From NCBI RefSeq assembly GCF_009914755.1, contig NC_060936.1: a stretch of DNA of 64,000 nt; one strand, given 5' to 3'. The position numbers and the translations under genes were made by a program. Every line of letters begins with the position of its first letter. The stretch's first letter is position 1. The notes under the pieces were generated by a model that saw nothing but the letters and a program-made list of their open reading frames with translations, searched no databases and was not told where the DNA came from. Shown piece by piece: positions 1-12,849 of this stretch. Source of the DNA: the human T2T-CHM13v2.0 reference genome, Homo sapiens.

Positions 1-890
1 AAACAGAACCATGAGGAACAATGGAGCACATGATAAAGTAAAACTGTGTCTGAGAGAAGCAGCATCTTAAAACATTTGTGTGGCAGTTATAAATACTTGT
101 CTAGCACTACCTTGTACAGAGTAGTAGCTCATTAAACATGTATTGAATTGATTTGACATTTTAAGAATTGGTGAACCTCTGCAGCAGAACATATTTAAAA
201 ACCCAAATTGCATCAACTTCACTTCTATTCATTCAATAGACAAAAATTGAAGACCTTATATAATGCCAGACATTGAATTAATTGCTATGATGCAAACATG
301 AATATGACTCATACTTCAGTTTCAAGGAAACCTTAGTCAAGGGAGAGCTTGAAACCTTAAATAAAATATACCAGACCAATTTTCTTACTGGTCAGTTAAC
401 ATAAACGAAAGTTTACCTAGAAGGCTGAAATGTCAAATATTTCTGTTCCTCATTTGAATTAGTAAAAAAACATCAGCAAGCTATTAGAAGCAATTTCCTG
501 AGAAAAGTAACTTTTAAGATATATAATAATGTCATGACTGATTCAGACCAATATTTTGCAACCCGTGTATCTATCGTACTCTATTGATTTTCAATATGCA
601 CAACCAAGACCAAGAGGCATATCAAGGCACTCAAGTACCTTCTGAATCATCTTGAATTGATTAGGTGTAATGGAGTTCATGATTAATTGAGAGCATACCA
701 GAAGTGTGTTGTACCTTGGGGTTTCACTCTGCCTTGTAAGGAAGTAAGAATTACAGTGAAGGGAAGTAAGAATCACATTACAGAATGTAAATGAAGGAAA
801 CTCTTAACATCCCTCCCCCACCACATTCATGCCTTGTTTAAAATCCTTCAGAAGTTCTTGTTCTTATAAGGAGAAAGGCAACCCCTTTAA

Positions 891-1017
891 CCCATTTATG
901 CCTCAGGTTGCAATTTTTTGAATTTTTGCAATCAGATCTTGGCTATGACATTGAGCAGTAGGATATAAATAACTCCCACATGCTTAGCGTTCCAATATTA
1001 GAACACTAGGCATAAAT
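891..1017 (-). mobile_element. MER85 MITE (piggyBac/PGBD3-derived)
   Basis: Reverse complement of the MER85 consensus (CCCATTTATGCCT... termini, internal palindrome at 989-1004). TTAA target sites at 887-890 and 1018-1021; terminal GGG missing at the right end. Confidence 0.92.
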
Positions 1018-1024
1018 TTAATAT

Positions 1025-1600
1025 AGTTTACAATGTCCTGTATGATCTGACCACAATCTCTCTAGCCTTACCTTCCACTAGCCTTCTCATCTCACTGTTG
1101 TGTTTCTCTCTTCTCCATCGCAAATGACAAGTTTCAGTCCCATTTCTTCCATAATTTATTTTGTTACAGAGCATGTTCATATATCCAGACAGTTGTTTCT
1201 ACCTGGAATGCTTTCTACCCATTCTTCCTTTCATATTACTCCTTATTCTCACATGTCAAGCCATTTGAATCTATCAGTCACTCATAGTCATATTGTATCT
1301 TTCAGCCACAGGCTCTTTGCATATGCTTTCTATTCTAAATACTTTTCTATGCATGCCATCTTTCTTTTTATCTAGGTGTCTCTACTCATTCCAGATCAGC
1401 TATCCCTTTTCAAAGAAGTCATTCTTGCCTAGCTTATTAAATCAAATCTCTTTAAGTGACCTTATATCCTGATAGCTCTCTTTTGTTGCATTTATCATTG
1501 CAATAGATTTACTTCTGTGACTTTTAAGATGTTTGTATCTTCCACTAGGTTCTTGAAAGCAGACATTCTGTCTGCTTTTGCTTACTCTCTTAGGCATATG
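1025..1600 (+). mobile_element. Highly diverged L2 3' fragments (host of the MER85)
   Basis: L2-like phrases such as 'cctgtatgatctgacc' and 'tccactagg...gaaagcagacattctgtctgcttttg'; very degenerate. Confidence 0.4.
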
Positions 1601-2140
1601 ATTCATTTTTAGAGTACATTCATATATAGATATTCTAGTATACTACACAAAATATGCATATTAAAAACTTTGGCATGAAATTGGAATTTATTTTTAATTT
1701 TCTAATTTTAAACATCACTTGTATTTGATAAACCTTTTAAAGGTAATTTCTGCCTGCAGTCAGAATTAGAGAAAAGATAAGCCATTTTAATATGTTTTCT
1801 AGCACTTACTAAAATATTTTACTTATTATTTGTACTTCCAAAATTTTTGACCGACTGGATTTCCATATGGAATATTTTTCAACTTTATTCCTAGATATAG
1901 TAATGTTGACTGTAAAAACTTTGTCATTTGTTTAAAAGGTTTTATTTTATATATTTTCTATTAAAAGAGTGATTTTTACCCTACTATATAAAGGTGAAAG
2001 CTTTCTTTTCCAAATGTAACTTACATTTCTTTTTCAAATGTAATTTCAAATGTAATTATGGGGTTGTAACCCCATAAATTGGTAGATGAAACCAAAGATC
2101 AGTGATATGGGTCTAGATTGGAAGAGCCAAACAAATATTC

Positions 2141-5100
2141 TAAATTTTTATTTGTGTAAATTTACGGGATACAAGTGCAGTTTTGTTACATGCATCCATC
2201 ACAAAGAGGTCAATTCAAGGCTTTTAGGGTATCTATCACCCAAATACTTTACATTATACCCATTCAGTAATTTCTCTTCACCCACTCTATCTCATCCTGT
2301 CACCCTTCTGAGTCACTATTATCTATCATTATACTCTCTATGTCCATGTTTCTACATTTGTATGTCCACTTATGACTGAGAATACACAATATTTGTCTTT
2401 CTGTGTCTGACATATTTCATTTCAGATAATGTCCTCCAATTTTGTCCATGTTGCTGCAAATGTCATAATTTCATATTTTTTTGGCTGAATAGTACTCCAT
2501 TGTGTATATATGCCAAATTTTCTTTATTCAATCATCTATTGATGACACTTAAGTTGATTCAATGTCTTTGCTACTATAAATAGTGCTGCGATGAGCCTAT
2601 CAGTGCAGATATCTTTTTGATTCATTGATCTTTTTTCTTTTGGGGAGATACCCAGTAGTGTGACTGCTGTATGAAATTGTAGTTATACTTTTAGTTCTTC
2701 AAGAAATCTCCATACTGTTGTCCATAAAGCTTGTACTAATTTACATTCCCACCAACAGTATATGAGAGTTCCCTTTTCTCTAAATTCTCACTAAAATCTG
2801 GTATTTTTTGTCTTTCTAATAGCCATTTTGACAGGCATATTATATCTCATTGTGCTTTTAATTTGCATTTTTCAGATGCTTAGTGATGTTGAGCATTTTT
2901 TCATATACCTATTGGTCATTTGTATGTCTTCTTTTGAGAAGTGTCTATTAATGTATTTTGCCCACTTTTTAATTGGATTACTTGTTTTGGGGTGGGGGGT
3001 TGTTGTTGGTGGGTTATTTGAGTTCTTTCTACATCCTGGATATTAGTCCCCTGCCAAATGCATAGTCTGCAAATATTTTCTCCCGTTCAACAGGTTGTCA
3101 GCTCTCTCTGTTGATTGTTTCTTTTGCTGTGCAGAAGCTTTTTAGTTTAAGTTCAGTTTGTCTATTTTTGTTGCGTGTACTTTTGAGGTCTTAGTCATAA
3201 ATTATTTGCCTAGACCAATATCCAAATGAGTTTTTCCTAGGTTTCCTTCTAGTATTTTTATAGCTTCAAGTCTTATGTTTATGTCTTTGATATATTTTTA
3301 ATTTATTTTTGTATATGGTGAGAGATAGGGGATAGGAGCCGTGTTTGTTTGTTTTTGTTGTTTGAGGGCCCCGTTTTGATTGCAGGAGAGGCCCGTCTGG
3401 AGCTGCCACTGCGAAGACGCGGGCTGCAGCGGGGGAGGCGGGGAGGGGGCTGCGCACTCCACAGAGCCAAGGGAAGCAAGGAACAGGTGGAAGTCCCGCC
3501 CCCTTCCGAGTTAGCTGGGCAGGAGCCTCCTGCTTCCCAGGTGAAGCTGCAGCCACCCAGCTGTGTGTGCGGACCCGGGCATTTCTGTGCTCTTGGGGGC
3601 CAGGGACAGGCAGGGTCCCCGCCTCCTGGGGTGCAGCTACAGCCGCCCAAGCCATGGCTACGGACCCAAGCATCTCTGCACTCTCCGGGCCCGGGAAGCA
3701 GCCCCTTGCCCCAGCAGGCTCAGAAGTGCCTGCTCTCACTGCCTGGCCTCTCCCGGCGCCCTCTCCGATCTCAGAGCAAAGTTGAGGCCAAGCCCAGGTG
3801 CTGTCACAAACCCAGTCGGCTGTGCCCACTCTTGGGGCAGTGCTGACACATCAGGCCCCTGCCGCCTCAGCCCTCTCTGGATTTTGGGCACTGACGAGCA
3901 TGGGCTGTGACACCCTCTTTGGGGCTCTGCGGTTCCTGGCATCTCCAATCTTCTGGGCGCTACTGCGTTCCCTGGTGCCAGCCATGGAAGCTGCTTGCAG
4001 TAAGCCTGGTCTAGCCGCAGCCTCACAGGGAGCCGGCACCCGTGCGGGCACCTGGAGCTGCCCCACCCCCCGACCCCCAGCCGGCATGCCTGGCTGTGCG
4101 CAGTGGCCAGACCCCACCTCGCTCCCTCATACATCCCTCACTGCTCCACGCCTGGCTCACCCATGTCAGGTGTGACATCCAGGCCAGTAGCGCGAGCCAA
4201 GCGCAGCCTGCCAGGCCAAAACAGGCAGAACGAGCCCAGCAGGCCCGAGCAAAACTCAGGCAAAAGCGTCACCAGCCACAGAGGTTCCCAGCTGGCGAAA
4301 CAACACCCCAAGGATCCTGTGACAGTTTCATTTTTCTTCATGTGGCCATTCAATCTTCCCACCACTGTTTATTGAAAAGGGTGTCCTTTCCCCAATGTGT
4401 ATTCTTGTTTACTTTGTCAAATACCAGTTGGCTATAAGTATGTGACTTTATTTCCGGGTTCTCTATTCTGTTCCATTGATTTACGTGCCTGTTTTTTATA
4501 CCAGTACCACGTTGTTCTAAGCCTTGTAATAAAATTTGAAGTCAGGCGATGTGATACCTCCAGGTTTTTTCCTTTTGCTTTGGATCACTTTGGCCATTCA
4601 GGGTCTTTTTGGTTTCATATACATTTTAGGTTTGCTTTATCTAATTCTGTGAAAAATGACATTGGTATTTTGATATAGATTTCAATGAATCCGCAGATTC
4701 AATGAAAGTATGGTCATTTTAATGATATTTGTGTTTCCAGTCCATGAGCTTGGGATATTTTTTATTTGTGTCATCTACAATTTCTTTCATCAGTGTTTCA
4801 CCAAAGATCTTTTACTTCCTTGGTTAAATATATTCTTAGGTATTTATATTTATTTTTGTAGCTATTGTAAATGAGATTACCTTCTTGATTTGGTTCTCAG
4901 CTAAATTGTTGCTGGTCCATAGAAACACTACTGATTTTTGTATGCTTTTTTGTATCCTTCAAGTTTACTGAATTCATTTATCAAATTTAAGAGCTTTTTC
5001 TAGAATTTTTAGGTTTTTCCACCTGTAAGATTATATCTTAAATAAGCAAAGATAACTTGACTTGCTCTTTTCGAGTTTGTATACCTTTTATTTCTTTCTC

Positions 5101-6260
5101 TTGCCTTGTTGCTCTGGCTAGGACTTCTAGTACTATGTTGAATAGGTGTGGTGCAAGCGGGCATTCTTGTCTTGCTCCAGTTCTTAGGGGAAGTGCTTTC
5201 AACTTTTCCTAATTCAGTATGATATTGGCTATGGGTTTGTCATATATGACATTTATTATTTTGAGGCATGTTCCTTCAATGCCTAGTTAAATGAGGGTTT
5301 TATCATGAAAATATGTTGAATTTTATCAAGTGCTTTATTTGCATCTATTGAGATGATCATAGGGTTTTTGTCCTTCATTCTGTTTATATACTGTATCATA
5401 TTTACTGGTCAGCATATGTTTAATCATCTTTGCATCCCTGGTGTAAAACCGAATTTATTGTGGTGTATTATCTTTTTGATATGCTGTTGTATTTGGTTTG
5501 CTAGTATTTTGCTGAAAATTTTGTGTCTATGATTATAAGGGATATTGTTCTGGAGTTTTGTTGTTGTGATTGTGTCCTTGTCTGGTTTTGGTATCAAGGT
5601 GATAATGGCCTCCTAGAATGAGTTAGAAAAAATTCCCTCTTCCTCAATTTTTTGAACAGTTTCAGAAGGATTGCTATTAGTTCTTCATACCTTTGGTAGA
5701 ATTTGGCTGTAAATCCATCTGGCACTGGGATTTTCTTTGTTGAAAGATTTTTTTTTTTATTACTGACTCAATCTTGCTGCTGTTTATTGGCCTGCTCAGG
5801 TTTTTAAATTTTTTCTTGGTTCAATCTTAGGAAGATGCATGTTTCCAGGAATTTATCTATTTCCTTTAGCCTTTTTAGTTTGTGAGTATATAGTTATTCA
5901 TAATATTCTCTAATGATCTTTTATATTTCATATCTCCTTTTTCACTTTTGATTCTACTTTTATTGTCTCCTGTCTCTTATTGGTTAGTTTATCAGTTTTG
6001 TTTGTCTACTCAAATAATCTAGTTTTGTTTTATCTTTTGTAATTTTTTTTTGGTCTTTTTTCATTTAGATCGGCTCTGACTTTGTTATTTCTTTTCTTCT
6101 GCAGTTTTGGTTTGTTTTTGCTTTTCTAGTCCCTTCAAGTGTATTATTAGATTGTTAATTTGTAATCTTTCTACTTTTTTAATGCAGATATTGAAGCTAT
6201 AAAGTTCTCTCTTAGCACTGCTTTGCTGTATCTCACAGATTTTGGTAGGCTGCATTTCCA
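2141..6260 (-). mobile_element. L1 (L1PB4-like) 3' UTR plus degraded ORF2, interrupted by a MER52 LTR
   Basis: Antisense L1 3' end from about 2141, continuous antisense ORF2 homology to about 6260, resuming after the LTR at 4329. Confidence 0.9.
3377..4324 (+). mobile_element. MER52-family ERV1 solo LTR, internally deleted
   Basis: TG...CA termini (TGATTGCAGG...GGATCCTGTGACA), exact 4-bp TSD GTTT at 3373-3376 and 4325-4328, GC-rich MER52-type sequence. Confidence 0.85.
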
Positions 6261-6486
6261 TGCTGAGGGAATTCATCACCACTAGACGGGACCTACAAGC
6301 AACACTCAAAGGTATCTTAAACTTGGAAGTGAAAGGTAGATGTTCACCATCATGAAGACACCTGAAATTATACAGATCACTAGTAAAGCAATTACACAAA
6401 GGAAGAGGAGAAAGGAATCAAGTGGCACCACTTCAAAATTCTACCAAGACGCAAAAACAGACAGAAAGAAACAAAGAATTTATAAA
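6261..6486 (+). mobile_element. Inverted 5' segment of the L1 (ORF1 end/inter-ORF region)
   Basis: 'gctgagggaattcatcaccactagac...aaggaagaggagaaaggaatcaagtggcaccac' is sense-strand L1PB/L1MA ORF1-end/inter-ORF sequence abutting antisense ORF2. Confidence 0.75.
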
Positions 6487-7626
6487 TTTTAAATAAAATT
6501 TTAGATTTATTAAATCTGTATAGTTCAGAGCTGTCTTTTTAATTCACAGCTGTTCTTTCAAATATTTTTATATGCACTAGACTGTAGTAATTCAATAAAG
6601 GGGGGAATAAATAAACCATAAAGAGAATGGAACGTTATAAAAATATCTGAAGTCAGTACAAGCTAGTAAGTAGGCCTAGACTGGAACACCATTGAATAAA
6701 TGCAGAGCAAAGATGAACATATTTTTAAAGTAAAAATTTAGACTTCTCTTGATTTGGGAAGAAGTATTGTTAAGATCTTAGAACCAGATTTTCACTTATA
6801 ATATGGAATTCATAGAATTATGTAGACGTATCAATTGCAAACAAGCAATGCAATTCCTGAGTAACTCTAATTTAATTTTTCTTACCAAAATATGACTAAC
6901 ATAGTGGCAGTAGGACAGAAATAGGTTTTGGTGGCATTAGAATATATTGAAACTCATAGCGACATCCCCAGATTCCTGGGGTGAAGTTAGATTTGAAGTA
7001 TCAAGGGATCTCATTAGAGAAGATGCTTAGAAAGATAGCTGTGTATGTCAACCTTGAATTATAAATTCTTTTAAGCCATAAGGAGAATGCTTTCATCAGT
7101 CTTACAGACTTATGGAGTTGTACAGCTACTGATGGCCTTAGAAATTATTGATCTCACCATCTCATTCAGCCTACAAATTTTACAGATGTGAAAAATGAAA
7201 TTTTTAGTCAACTAGCCCAAAGTCTTTTAGCTAAAGACATCCTTAATTGAAAGCCAGACTTTGGACTCTGGCTGTCAGGTCTCCATCTCTTTGTTACACA
7301 CTTCATTGTATTAATATATTCAACTGGCCCATCACAAAAGAGTTACTTACTATGTCAAAATTTTGCTCATATAGATTTAAAAACATTGAAAAATACATGA
7401 TATATAAAGGATTTTTTTTTCTTCATCTTCTTCACTTCAGTGAATGTATATTGAAACCTTTATTTTTTCCCTTTTAAACCTACTATCTACCATACTTTTA
7501 CGGACTCATAGATTTTTGAAGGGTCCATTAAAAACATTAGTAAAGAGAAGATACAACCTTAATAAAATATTTTGTTGTAGTTATTTAATTGGCTTACTGC
7601 TCAAACAAACAAAAGGATATTAACTA

Positions 7627-7703
7627 CATATATATATATATACATATATACATATATATACACATATATATATATACACATACACACACACATACATACA
7701 CAT
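7627..7703. repeat. Compound (TA)n/(CA)n microsatellite
   Basis: Directly visible dinucleotide runs. Confidence 0.95.
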
Positions 7704-7973
7704 GTATTTTTTGGCTCTGCCAACAATAAATTCATTTTTATTGTTTATTTCAGTTTTTACCAAGAAATATTATTATTCTGAAAGAAAGTAAAGTGGCACA
7801 TTTTTTTCTTCTTAGTAATTATGCATATACATTTAAAATAAAAAAGAAAGGGTGTTTTTTTTTTGCCTGAAAAACAAGTAGAGGAGATATTACAGTACCC
7901 CTTTCGAACACCATCAACCCACCCTCACACACATACACATCTCATTTGCCTTTTGTATATATTCTTTCATACT

Positions 7974-7976
<3 letters not shown>

Positions 7977-8013
<37 letters not shown>
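7977..8013. repeat. Perfect (AT)n microsatellite
   Basis: About 18 uninterrupted AT units. Confidence 0.95.
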
Positions 8014-8016
<3 letters not shown>

Positions 8017-8962
8017 TTTTCTTTTAATTCTCACACTATGTGGAGTTTTCACTAACCTCATGACATTTTATTTAATTGTTGTGAGCTCCTCATAGGCCTT
8101 CAGCAGATATTTATGAGTTCTTCAAAAAATTGTAGAGCACAAAGTTGTTATAATTATATCTATTTGGAAATAACCTGCTTAAGTGTTTTATATCATTATG
8201 TCACTTAGAATATCTTTAGATAGGTCTTACCTCATCTACATATTTGTCTTTATTATAATACTGAGATATGGGCTCATTTCTACTTATTTCCAAGAAATAT
8301 TTAAGTAAAGTTTATTTTTTTTTCTTTTGGTCATTTATATAAGTGTAGTCCTGATCCTTAATTCTATTAACATTTCTTGACAGTAGTCAAGAAAATTCCA
8401 ATTTAACTACAGTCATAAAATGTGATTGTTAGTATATTCCAGTCCTGTGGCACTTAGGACAAAGACAGTTTTACAGTGTTAACTGAATTATAAACTCTCC
8501 AATTCAGGTTTTTTTGTTTTTTTTTTTCCTGGTTGCCAGGTGTAGAAGAGATCTCCAGTATTTTTCACTTTCTCCTCATTTTTCTTCTTAGAGAAACTGC
8601 CTCAAAAATGGCAATATCTTCTTTGTGCTTAATGACCCTAACTTCATGAAGACTTGGCATATAGGTGAGCACTTGAATATTGAAATGAAGATATTATGAG
8701 ATTTAGACTATATTAATGGAGGAAAGAATGCATAAAAAGTCAATATAGTTATTTTGTTGATATTTTTGATGGTACCCTGGTTCCCAATCTCCTTGAAAAT
8801 GTTACTTGATTCTTCTTGTGTATCCATATGAATTGTAGTTTTTTATTGTGATAAAATATATATAACATAAAGTTTATTATTTTAAACCATTTTGGTTGTA
8901 CAGGTCAGTATCATAAAGTATATTCACGCTGTTGTACAAGCATCACCATCATCCTTCTCTAG

Positions 8963-9333
<371 letters not shown>

Positions 9334-9558
9334 CATAGTGGAACTCTGTACCATTAAAAAAGAACTCCCCATACCTTTCTCCTTCCAGCCCCTAGCAACC
9401 ACAATTCTATTTTCTGTCTCTATGAATTTGACTACTCTAGGAATTTCATATAATTAAAATCATACAATGTTTGTTCTTTTTTGTCTGGCTTATTTTACTT
9501 ACCATATTTTTTTCAGGTTTCATCCATGTTGCAGCATGTGTTAGAATTTCACTTACTT

Positions 9559-11178
9559 CTAGATTCAATGCAATCCCCATCAAAATATCAACATCATTCT
9601 TCACAAAATTAGCAAAAACAATTTAAAAATTTATATGTAACCGAAAAAGAAAAGTGCAAATAGTGCAAGCAATCCTGAGCTGAAAGGACAAAGCTGAAGG
9701 CATCACATCACACTACCTGACTTCAAAATACATTACAAGGCTATAGTAAACGACATGGTATTGGTAAAAATACACACATGGAACAATGAAACAATTTAAA
9801 AAGCAGAAAATGTCATGTATTTATAACTAACTAATCTTCGACAAAGATGACAAGAGCTTACATTGAGGAAAGAGAACCCTCTTCAATAAATGGTGCTGGA
9901 AAAATTGGAGAGCCAAATGCAGACAAATAAAACTGGAATTCTATCTTCCACACATGCAACAATTAACTTACAACAAATTAAAGATTTAAATATAAGACAA
10001 GAAAATACAAAAAATACTAAAAGAAAATCTAGGAAAAAGTATTTTGGACATTTGTCTAGGCAAAACATTTATGAAGACCTCAAAAGCACAAGCAACAAAA
10101 ACAAAAACAGACAAGTGGGGCTATATTAAACTAAACAGCTTCTGCACAGCAGAGGAAACAACACAGTGAGGAGAAAACCTGTTGAATGAGAGAAAATATT
10201 TGCAAACTATCCACCCAACAGGGGCCTAATGTCAAGAATATAAAAGGAACTCAAACAACTGAACAGGAAAAGACCAACTAATTACAAATAATCCCATACA
10301 ACAGCGGGCAAAGGACATGAATAGATATTTTTCAGAAGAAAACACAAATGGCCACAGGTGTATAAAAAATGATCAGTCAATATCACTAATCATTACTGAT
10401 TAAGTTAAAAGCACAATAAGCTACCATCTTATACCTGTCAAAATGATTATTATTAAAAAGACAACAGATGTTGATGAAGATGTGGAAAAAAGGGAACACT
10501 TACATATTGTTGGTGGGGGTGCAAACTATTAAAACAGTATAGAGATTTTCCAAAAAACTGAAAATAGTATTACCATTTGATCCAGTAATCTCATTACTTG
10601 GGTATCGGTCTGAACAAAAAAGAATGAATATGTCCAAGGGAAACCTGCACTTGCATGTTTATTGCAGCACTATCCACAATAGCAAATATGTGGAACCAAT
10701 TAGTTTTCATCAATAGATGATGGAGTAGAGAATATTTGGTATATATACAGCATGGACTATTATTCAGTCATTAGAAAAGAATGGAATCCTGTCATTTGCA
10801 GCAACAAGGATAGAACTGGGAGGTCATTATCTTAAGTGAAATGAATCCGGCACAAATTGGCAAATATCACATGTTCTCACTTATATGTGAGATTAAAAAT
10901 ATTTGATCACATAGAGATAGACAATGAAACTACAGAAACTGGGAAAGGTGAGTCAGGGAAGGGAAGAGGATGAAGAGAACTGGTTAAAGGGTATAAACAT
11001 ACAGCAAGATAGAAGGAATAAATTCAATATTTATAGTAGAGTAGGGTAAATATACTTAACAAAAATATACTGGGGCTCATGTTATGAATATCCTAAATAC
11101 ACTGACTTGATTGCTATGCATTATATACCTGTAACACAATTTCCCACATATCCCATAAATTTGTGTAAATAAAAAAAT
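9559..11178 (+). mobile_element. 5'-truncated L1 (L1MA-class) ORF2 3' part and 3' UTR
   Basis: Sense ORF2 homology ('agattcaatgcaatccccatcaaaata...'), ending 'cccataaatttgtgtaaataaaaaaa'. Confidence 0.88.
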
Positions 11179-11526
11179 TATTTATTCGTAAGACTGAATA
11201 ATACTTCATTGTCTATATAGGCCACATATTGTCTATTTATCCTTAGATGGACATTTGGATTGTTTCCATGTTTTGGCTAGTGTGAATGGTGCTGTTATGA
11301 ATGTTGGTACACAGACATGTATTTGAGCCTATGCGTTCAATTCTTTGGCTATATTACTAGAAGTAGAATTGTTATTTTTTTAAAGAAACCATGATACAAT
11401 ATTGTTAAGATTTGTATTATTTTAAACAGATGTTCCTTCACCTAGGATACCTAAGAGAGATTTTTTTTTTCTAAACAATCCTCAACTAAAAACTAATGCA
11501 ATAATGATATCTAAAATAAATCTCTT

Positions 11527-11840
11527 CCAGGTGCAGCTCATGCCTATAATTCCAGTACTTTGGGAGGCTGAGGTGGGCAGATTGCTTGAGCTCAGGAGTT
11601 GGAAACCAGCCTGGGTAACATGGTGAATCCCCAACTCTACAAACAAATACAAAAATTAGCCAGGTGTGGTGGCATGTACCTGTGATCCCAGCTACTCAGG
11701 AGGCTGCACTGGGAGGGTCACATTGAGCCTGGGAGGTCGAAGCTACAGTAAGCAGTGATCATGCCAACACACTCCAGCCTGGGTGACAAAGTGAGACCCT
11801 GTCTCAAATAAATAAATAAATAAATTAAATTAATTAAATA
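11527..11840 (+). mobile_element. AluJ with (TAAA)n tail
   Basis: J-type diagnostics ('ttgagctcaggagtt', 'gagcctgggaggtcgaagctacagt', 'gagaccctgtctc'). Confidence 0.9.
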
Positions 11841-12149
11841 TTTGCATTCATTGTACAGATGGCGGACAAAGGACCTGATGTTAGGTTTGCCTGACAATGA
11901 CCCTCTACATCATAAACAGCAACATAGCTCTTTTTTAATATTAATGAAGTGTCCATTAATTATTTCCTGTTTTCTTAGAACAGAAAAAAAATAGGAGACT
12001 TTTTGGAGTCCTTTAAACTGGAGATATTAGTGGTGTAGATAGCATGTTAGCAAGCAGGATTGGAGAAATATTTGAAAAACAAGAGTTGACAAGATCAATT
12101 TCCTGGATGTAGCATGGATGTTGATTAAAGAAACAAATTTTTGAGGTTA

Positions 12150-12310
12150 AATTACTGGATTACAATTCTGACTTCATTATTTACCAGCTGTGTGATCTTG
12201 GGCAAGTTACTTGATTTTCCTGTATCTTAGACTTCTCATTTATAGATTAGTAACAATATTTATTTCTTTGGTACTTTATAACAATTAAATAAATTGAAAG
12301 ACAAGGCTCT
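12150..12310 (+). mobile_element. MIR fragment
   Basis: MIR core 'accagctgtgtgatcttgggcaagttactt'. Confidence 0.75.
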
Positions 12311-12849
12311 TAGACTAATGGAACATAAGAAAAATATAGACATATTTGTTAAATATATTTAGAGGAGAAATATATAAATATTGTTTCCCAAGTTTATGGC
12401 AAAATGATTGAATGTTACTATTTATTATGATAAAAACCAATACAAACAAATATATACAGGAAGCATGTTTAATTTTAAATCTGCATGCAACATACATAAT
12501 CTTTAATTTTAAGTGAAAATTGGACTGTCCAACTATGAAACTGAGAGATAAGAGATGAGACCTGGAGTCACAATGTGGAAATTCATCAGTGTACAGATTA
12601 TATACCATAACATAGGGTCATTATATAAATAAAATGAGGGTCTTGTAGTGAGACCCCAGTAATCTACAAAACTTAAGAGATTTGCCAGTGTATACACTGC
12701 ATACGATAACAGAGTGAATATATAAGTGATAAGAGGGCCTAGTGATGAAACCCCAATAATTCAACGTATCATGAAACCACAAATAGTTTTAATCCAACAG
12801 AAACTTTATGCAGCTCTGAAGCTCAAAAACTTTAATGGTACTTGCACCT

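Noticed and set aside
591-776. 61-aa ORF and a GGAAGTAAGAAT direct repeat
   Set aside because: Short, no recognisable homology or splice structure; the repeat is a trivial local duplication.
3266-4437. Stack of overlapping 70-187 aa ORFs on both strands
   Set aside because: They coincide with the GC-rich MER52 LTR, where stop codons are rare; there is no coherent protein.
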